A stretch of 3,605 nucleotides of DNA from Escherichia phage MS2, in sequence record LC710218.1, one strand, 5' to 3'. The position numbers and the translations under genes are program-made. The notes beneath the pieces are model-generated. The model was not told the DNA's origin. It saw only the letters and a program-made list of their open reading frames with translations, and searched no databases. Positions 1-3,605 of the stretch are shown piece by piece (within the stretch, counting starts at the first letter, position 1; each line of letters opens with the position of its first letter).

Positions 1-49
1 TACCAGATCTATCGCTGTGACTGGAGTTCAGACGTGTGCTCTTCCGATC
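1..49 (-). other. Illumina TruSeq-type adapter remnant, reverse-complemented (adapter core + 8-nt index + flank); technical, not biological
   Basis: Positions 17-49 are the exact reverse complement of AGATCGGAAGAGCACACGTCTGAACTCCAGTCAC. Positions 9-16 are the reverse complement of the index AGCGATAG. Positions 1-8 are the reverse complement of ATCTGGTA, one mismatch (position 4) from the canonical continuation ATCTCGTA. The junction with phage sequence is ambiguous within 47-49. Confidence 0.95.
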
Positions 50-184
50 GGGAGAATCCCGGGTCCTCTCTTTAGGGGGAGGTCCCTGGGCCGAAGCCCG
101 CCCACCTTTCGGTGGAGCCACCGCTTTCGCGGACCCGTGCTCTTTCGAGCACACCCACCCCGTTTACGGGGGTCCCTCGGTCAG
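50..184 (-). promoter_or_regulatory. Phage 3' untranslated region downstream of the replicase stop, truncated (terminal ~33 nt including the CCA end absent)
   Basis: Lies between the replicase stop (TAG, reverse complement at 185-187) and the adapter. The reverse complement ends ...GAGAGGACCCGGGATTCTCCCGAT, which matches my recollection of the MS2 3' UTR just before the terminal ...TTGGTAACTAGCTGCTTGGCTAGTTACCACCCA. Confidence 0.8.
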
Positions 185-1822
185 CTACCGAGGAGAGCTC
201 GCTGGCCCACACTCCTGAGGGAATGTGGGAACCGGCGTTAGCCACTCCGAAGTGCGTATAACGCGCACGCCGGCGGACTTCATACTGTCGGTGATTTCAC
301 CTCCAGTATGGAACCACGCTATGTAGCGACCACTGTCGTGCTTTTCGCTGAAGAACTTGCGTTCTCGAGCGATACGAGCAAGACGGAAACCCGAGGTACG
401 GGTATCCGCGAGCAGCCGCCCGTACGGAGTCTTGGTGTATACCGAGACTGCCGTAGGCGGGCTGACTACGTAGTAGTCGGCAGCGAGGTCCGTCCCACCG
501 AAGAACATCGAAGGCACCTGGGAGGAGAGCCGTACCCACACCTTGTAGAGGCGTGGATCTGACATACCTCCGACAACTCCCCAACCCCGTAGCCGATTTA
601 ATATCAGCATCAGGGCGAAGAGATTGTCAACAGGTTTCTTGATGTAAAACGGTTTGACATCGACACCACGGTAAAAGTGCGCGCCGCAGCTCTCGCGAAA
701 GAGCCCGGACACGAACGTTTTACGAAGATTCGGTTTAAAACCGTAGTAGGCAAGTGCCTCTAGCACACGGGGTGCAATCTCACTGGGACATATAATATCG
801 TCCCCGTAGATGCCTATGGTTCCGGCGTTACCAAAATGGATTTGGGTCGCTTTGACTATTGCCCAGAATATCATGGACTCTAGCTCAAATGTGAACCCAT
901 TTCCCATTGTGGAAAATAGTTCCCATCGTATCGTCTCGCCATCTACGATTCCGTAGTGTGAGCGGATACGATCGAGATATGAATATAGCTCAGGTGGGAG
1001 AAAACTCCACACCAGGCGATCGGAGATGGAATCGGATGCAGACGATAAGTCTATCGTCGCAAGCGAACCATCTACGCTGCCCTGCTGAGCCAGACGCTGG
1101 TTGATCGATTGATCATTCAGGTCTATACCAACGGATTTGAGCCGGCGTCTGATAAAGGCACCGACCCCTTTCTGGAGGTACATATTCATATCAGGCTCCT
1201 TACAGGCAGCCCGATCTATTTTATTATTCTTCGGAACTGTAAACACTCCGTTCCCTACAACGAGCCTAAATTCATATGACTCGTTATAGCGGACCGCGTG
1301 TCTGATCCACGGCGCACATTGGTCTCGGACCAATAGAGCCGCTCTCAGAGCGCGGGGGGTAACGGTTGCTTGTTCAGCGAACTTCTTGTAAGGCGCTGCA
1401 TCCTGCAACTTGTGCCCCATAGAGGCACCGTTGGAGAACGTGCATTGCCCAAACAACGACGATCGGTAGCCAGAGAGGAGGTTGCCAATAAGGCTACGGA
1501 TGCTGGTTTGTAAAACATCCGGATCCCATGACAAGGATTTGTCATGTAAGAAACCTTCTCTATTTATCTGACCGCACCGATCATTCGCCTCCCGTAACTT
1601 AGCGATAGCTAAGGTACGACGGGTCGCCTCGTCATTACCAGAACCTAAGGTCGGATGCTTTGTGAGCAATTCGTCCCTTAAGTAAGCAATTGCTGTAAAG
1701 TCGTCACTGTGCGGATCACCGCTTCCAGTAGCGACAGAAGCAATTGATTGGTAAATTTCGAGAGAAAGATCGCGAGGAAGATCAATACATAAAGAGTTGA
1801 ACTTCTTTGTTGTCTTCGACAT
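185..1822 (-). CDS. rep: RNA-directed RNA polymerase, replicase beta subunit (545 aa)
   Basis: The 545-aa ORF begins MSKTTKKFNSLCIDL and contains the palm-domain motif GIYGDDIICPSE. Length, sequence and position match the MS2 replicase. ATG start at 1820-1822 (minus strand) sits inside the operator hairpin. Confidence 0.97.
   Translation of the reverse strand: MSKTTKKFNSLCIDLPRDLSLEIYQSIASVATGSGDPHSDDFTAIAYLRDELLTKHPTLGSGNDEATRRTLAIAKLREANDRCGQINREGFLHDKSLSWDPDVLQTSIRSLIGNLLSGYRSSLFGQCTFSNGASMGHKLQDAAPYKKFAEQATVTPRALRAALLVRDQCAPWIRHAVRYNESYEFRLVVGNGVFTVPKNNKIDRAACKEPDMNMYLQKGVGAFIRRRLKSVGIDLNDQSINQRLAQQGSVDGSLATIDLSSASDSISDRLVWSFLPPELYSYLDRIRSHYGIVDGETIRWELFSTMGNGFTFELESMIFWAIVKATQIHFGNAGTIGIYGDDIICPSEIAPRVLEALAYYGFKPNLRKTFVSGLFRESCGAHFYRGVDVKPFYIKKPVDNLFALMLILNRLRGWGVVGGMSDPRLYKVWVRLSSQVPSMFFGGTDLAADYYVVSPPTAVSVYTKTPYGRLLADTRTSGFRLARIARERKFFSEKHDSGRYIAWFHTGGEITDSMKSAGVRVIRTSEWLTPVPTFPQECGPASSPR
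797..808 (-). other. YGDD catalytic motif of the RdRp (replicase residues 339-342)
   Basis: Reverse complement of 797-808 is TACGGGGACGAT, encoding Y-G-D-D in the replicase frame. This is the conserved motif C of levivirus replicases. Confidence 0.9.
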
Positions 1823-1905
1823 GGGTTATCCTCATGTTTGAATGGCCGGCGTCTATTAGTAGATGCCGGAGTTTGCTGCGATTGCTGAGGGAATCGGGTT
1901 TCCAT
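1678..1905 (-). CDS. lys: Lysis protein L (75 aa), overlapping the coat 3' end and the replicase 5' end in a different frame
   Basis: The 75-aa ORF METRFPQQSQQTPASTNRRRPFKHEDNPCRRQQRSSTLYVLIFLAIFLSKFTNQLLLSLLEAVIRTVTTLQQLLT matches MS2 protein L, with a hydrophobic C-terminal half. It overlaps coat (1856-1905) and replicase (1678-1822), as in MS2. Residue 27 is N where I recall Y. Confidence 0.9.
   Translation of the reverse strand: METRFPQQSQQTPASTNRRRPFKHEDNPCRRQQRSSTLYVLIFLAIFLSKFTNQLLLSLLEAVIRTVTTLQQLLT
1819..1837 (-). promoter_or_regulatory. Replicase translational operator hairpin (coat-protein binding site and packaging signal), with a variant loop
   Basis: Reverse complement of 1819-1837 is ACATGAGGATAACCCATGT. 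It forms the stem ACAUG/CAUGU with a bulged A and a GG/CC closing pair, and contains the replicase AUG. The canonical MS2 operator is ACAUGAGGAUUACCCAUGU, so the loop here reads AUAA instead of AUUA (window position 1827). Confidence 0.85.
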
Positions 1906-2248
1906 CTTTTAGGAGACCTTGCATTGCCTTAACAATAAGCTCGCAGTCGGAATTCGTAGCGAAAATTGGAATGGTTAGTTCCATATTTAAGTACGAACGC
2001 CATGCGGCTACAGGAAGCTCTACACCACCAACAGTCTGGGTTGCCACTTTAGGCACCTCGACTTTGATGGTGTATTTGCGATTCTGCGCAGAGCTCTGAC
2101 GAACGCTACAGGTTACTTTGTAAGCCTGTGAACGCGAGTTAGAGCTGATCCATTCAGCGACCCCGTTAGCGAAGTTGCTTGGGGCGACAGTCACGTCGCC
2201 AGTTCCGCCATTGTCGACGAGAACGAACTGAGTAAAGTTAGAAGCCAT
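1856..2248 (-). CDS. cp: Major capsid (coat) protein (130 aa including the initiator Met)
   Basis: The ORF MASNFTQFVLVDNGGTGDVTVAPSNFANGVAEWISSNSRSQAYKVTCSVRQ...AANSGIY matches the MS2 coat protein as I recall it, residue for residue. It ends in tandem stops TAA TAG (reverse complement at 1853-1858). Confidence 0.97.
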   Translation of the reverse strand: MASNFTQFVLVDNGGTGDVTVAPSNFANGVAEWISSNSRSQAYKVTCSVRQSSAQNRKYTIKVEVPKVATQTVGGVELPVAAWRSYLNMELTIPIFATNSDCELIVKAMQGLLKDGNPIPSAIAANSGIY

Positions 2249-2271
2249 GCTTCAAACTCCGGTTGAGGGCT
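2249..2271 (-). promoter_or_regulatory. Maturation-coat intercistronic region carrying the coat gene ribosome binding site
   Basis: A 23-nt spacer between the maturation stop (TAG, reverse complement at 2272-2274) and the coat ATG (2246-2248). Sense-strand sequence is ATAGAGCCCTCAACCGGAGTTTGAAGC, immediately before ATGGCT. Confidence 0.6.
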
Positions 2272-3453
2272 CTATCTAGAGAGCCGTTGCCTGATTAATG
2301 CTAACGCATCTAAGGTATGGACCATCGAGAAAGGAGACTTTACGTACGCGCCAGTTGTTGGCCATACGGATTGTACCCCTCGATGCATGGCTGAGATTTG
2401 GGCCTTAGCAGTGCCCTGTCTCTCCACAGTCCACCCGTAGGGAGCGTCAACGCTTATGATGGACTCACCCGTTATTACGTCAGTAACTGTTCCTGACATG
2501 TAGGAGCATCCCACGGGGGCCGTAAGGCCCTCGAGCATGTTACCTACAGGTAGGAGCCAGTCGACAACGAATGAGAAAGGCACCTTTTCCCACACTATAC
2601 CTAGTGGGTTCAAGATACCTAGAGACGACAACCATGCCAAACGTGCATCGTTTATGTAAAACCATATCACGATACGTCGCGATATGTTGCACGTTGTCTG
2701 GAAGTTTGCAGCTGGATACACCAGACGGCCATCTAACTTGATGTTAGTACCGACCTGACGTACGGCTCTCATAGGAAGAAACTCTTGAAGGTGAACCTTC
2801 GTAAGCATCTCATATGCACCCTGGATATCACTCATTAGTGGTAACCAACCGAACTGCAACTCCAACCACCTGCCGGCCACGTGTTTTGATCGAAACTTTC
2901 GATCTTCGTTTAGGGCAAGGTAGCGGAGCGCCTGGCGCCAATTACCGCGACGAGCGGCAGTGTACGCCTTCACGAGCGCAATGGTTTGCGTCGCGAGTTG
3001 TGAGGCTGTCGACCTAGCCTCTGCTAAAGCAACACCAAGGTTAAAATTACCCTGGGTGACCTTTTGCAGGACTTCGGTCGACGCCCGGTTCGCAACGTTC
3101 TGCGGCACTTCGATGTAAGTCAAGTTTTGGCTTACAGGGAAGAGGCTGTAGCAGGAGCGTGCGTCGAGGGAGAAGCCGAAACCGGCTTTCTCCTCGTACG
3201 GGCGACCCCACGATGACCCACTTCGCTTGTAGGCACCTTGATCTATCGATGTGACACTTAACGCCCCCCGTGAATACGGAGAGGGGTAGTGCCACTGTTT
3301 CGTTTTGGCCCCAGTCGAGTTAAAACGACGGGGAGTCCAGTTCGAACGATATTTTAAAGAGAATGAGTTATCTTCAGTCTCACCGTCCGCGTAAACGCGA
3401 ACGGAGGGGACGAAGGTCTCGTTCTCCCTATCAAGGGTACTAAAAGCTCGCAC
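2272..3453 (-). CDS. mat: Maturation (A / assembly) protein, 393 aa, GTG start codon
   Basis: The ORF begins (M)RAFSTLDRENETFVPSVRVYADGETEDNSF and ends ...LDALALIRQRLSR, matching the MS2 maturation protein. The start codon is GTG (reverse complement of cac at 3451-3453), as in MS2, preceded by a Shine-Dalgarno sequence. Confidence 0.95.
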   Translation of the reverse strand: MRAFSTLDRENETFVPSVRVYADGETEDNSFSLKYRSNWTPRRFNSTGAKTKQWHYPSPYSRGALSVTSIDQGAYKRSGSSWGRPYEEKAGFGFSLDARSCYSLFPVSQNLTYIEVPQNVANRASTEVLQKVTQGNFNLGVALAEARSTASQLATQTIALVKAYTAARRGNWRQALRYLALNEDRKFRSKHVAGRWLELQFGWLPLMSDIQGAYEMLTKVHLQEFLPMRAVRQVGTNIKLDGRLVYPAANFQTTCNISRRIVIWFYINDARLAWLSSLGILNPLGIVWEKVPFSFVVDWLLPVGNMLEGLTAPVGCSYMSGTVTDVITGESIISVDAPYGWTVERQGTAKAQISAMHRGVQSVWPTTGAYVKSPFSMVHTLDALALIRQRLSR

Positions 3454-3555
3454 AGGTCAAACCTCCTAGGAATGGAATTCCGGCTACCTACAGCGATAGC
3501 CATGGTAGCGTCTCGCTAAAGACATTAAAAATGGCATTAGCTCGACAGGAAGTTG
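3454..3555 (-). promoter_or_regulatory. Phage 5' untranslated leader, truncated (first ~25 nt of the genome, the 5' terminal hairpin, absent)
   Basis: Reverse complement gives CTCAACTTCCTGTCGAGCTAATGCCATTTTTAATGTCTTTAGCGAGACGCTACCATGGCTATCGCTGTAGGTAGCCGGAATTCCATTCCTAGGAGGTTTGACCT before the GTG. This matches the MS2 leader from about genome nt 26. The terminal GGGTGGGACCCCTTTCGGGGTCCTG is replaced by adapter. Confidence 0.85.
3461..3467 (-). promoter_or_regulatory. Shine-Dalgarno sequence (AGGAGGU) of the maturation gene
   Basis: Reverse complement of 3461-3467 is AGGAGGT, 7 nt upstream of the GTG start. This is a strong match to the anti-SD of 16S rRNA. Confidence 0.85.
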
Positions 3556-3605
3556 AGATCGGAAGAGCACACGTCTGAACTCCAGTCACAGCGATAGATC
3601 TCGTA
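3556..3605 (+). other. Illumina TruSeq-type adapter read-through (adapter core + index AGCGATAG + ATCTCGTA); technical, not biological
   Basis: 3556-3589 is AGATCGGAAGAGCACACGTCTGAACTCCAGTCAC, 3590-3597 is AGCGATAG, and 3598-3605 is ATCTCGTA, the start of the canonical ATCTCGTATGCCGTCTTCTGCTTG. The first two bases (AG) could equally be the last phage bases. Confidence 0.95.

Noticed and set aside
1-49. ~48-nt terminal inverted repeats at both ends, superficially like transposon or IS-element inverted repeats
   Set aside because: Both copies are Illumina adapter plus index sequence. They are library artefacts, and there is no transposase gene or target-site duplication.
17-241. Plus-strand ORFs from the six-frame track (17..241, 36..218, 308..562, 907..1104, 1863..2099, 2814..3017)
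   Set aside because: These lie on the antisense (replicative minus) strand of the phage, which is not translated. The first two begin inside adapter sequence. All are short, lack a Shine-Dalgarno sequence and are embedded antisense to known genes.
297-584. Minus-strand alternate-frame ORFs (297..584, 1345..1545, 3047..3295) nested in the replicase and maturation genes
   Set aside because: No such genes are known in MS2 beyond L. They are Arg/Pro-rich out-of-frame translations typical of chance ORFs in GC-balanced coding sequence, with no evident ribosome binding sites.
1-3605. Claim that the window holds a previously undescribed biological system
   Set aside because: Every coding and regulatory element matches phage MS2, and the flanks are sequencing adapters. 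Nothing in the window is left unexplained.
1-3605. Searched for tRNA, rRNA, CRISPR repeats, integrase or attachment sites
   Set aside because: None found. The window has no regularly spaced direct repeats or cloverleaf-like tRNA candidates, and a lytic ssRNA phage genome is not expected to carry them.

Overview
This window is not a novel system. It is a near-complete genome of the ssRNA coliphage MS2 (Emesvirus zinderi, Fiersviridae), written as the reverse complement of the genomic sense strand, with Illumina adapter sequence (including an 8-nt index) fused to both ends in inverted orientation. All four known MS2 genes lie on the minus strand in the canonical order: maturation protein (GTG start), coat protein, the overlapping lysis protein L, and the replicase (RdRp, YGDD motif). 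About 25 nt of the genomic 5' terminus and about 33 nt of the 3' terminus are missing. The most likely origin is a sequencing-library contig from an MS2 spike-in, carrier or contaminant. The one biologically interesting point is an apparent U-to-A change in the loop of the replicase translational operator hairpin, which also recodes lysis-protein residue 27 from Tyr to Asn. All comparisons to MS2 are from recollection of the reference sequence, not a database search.
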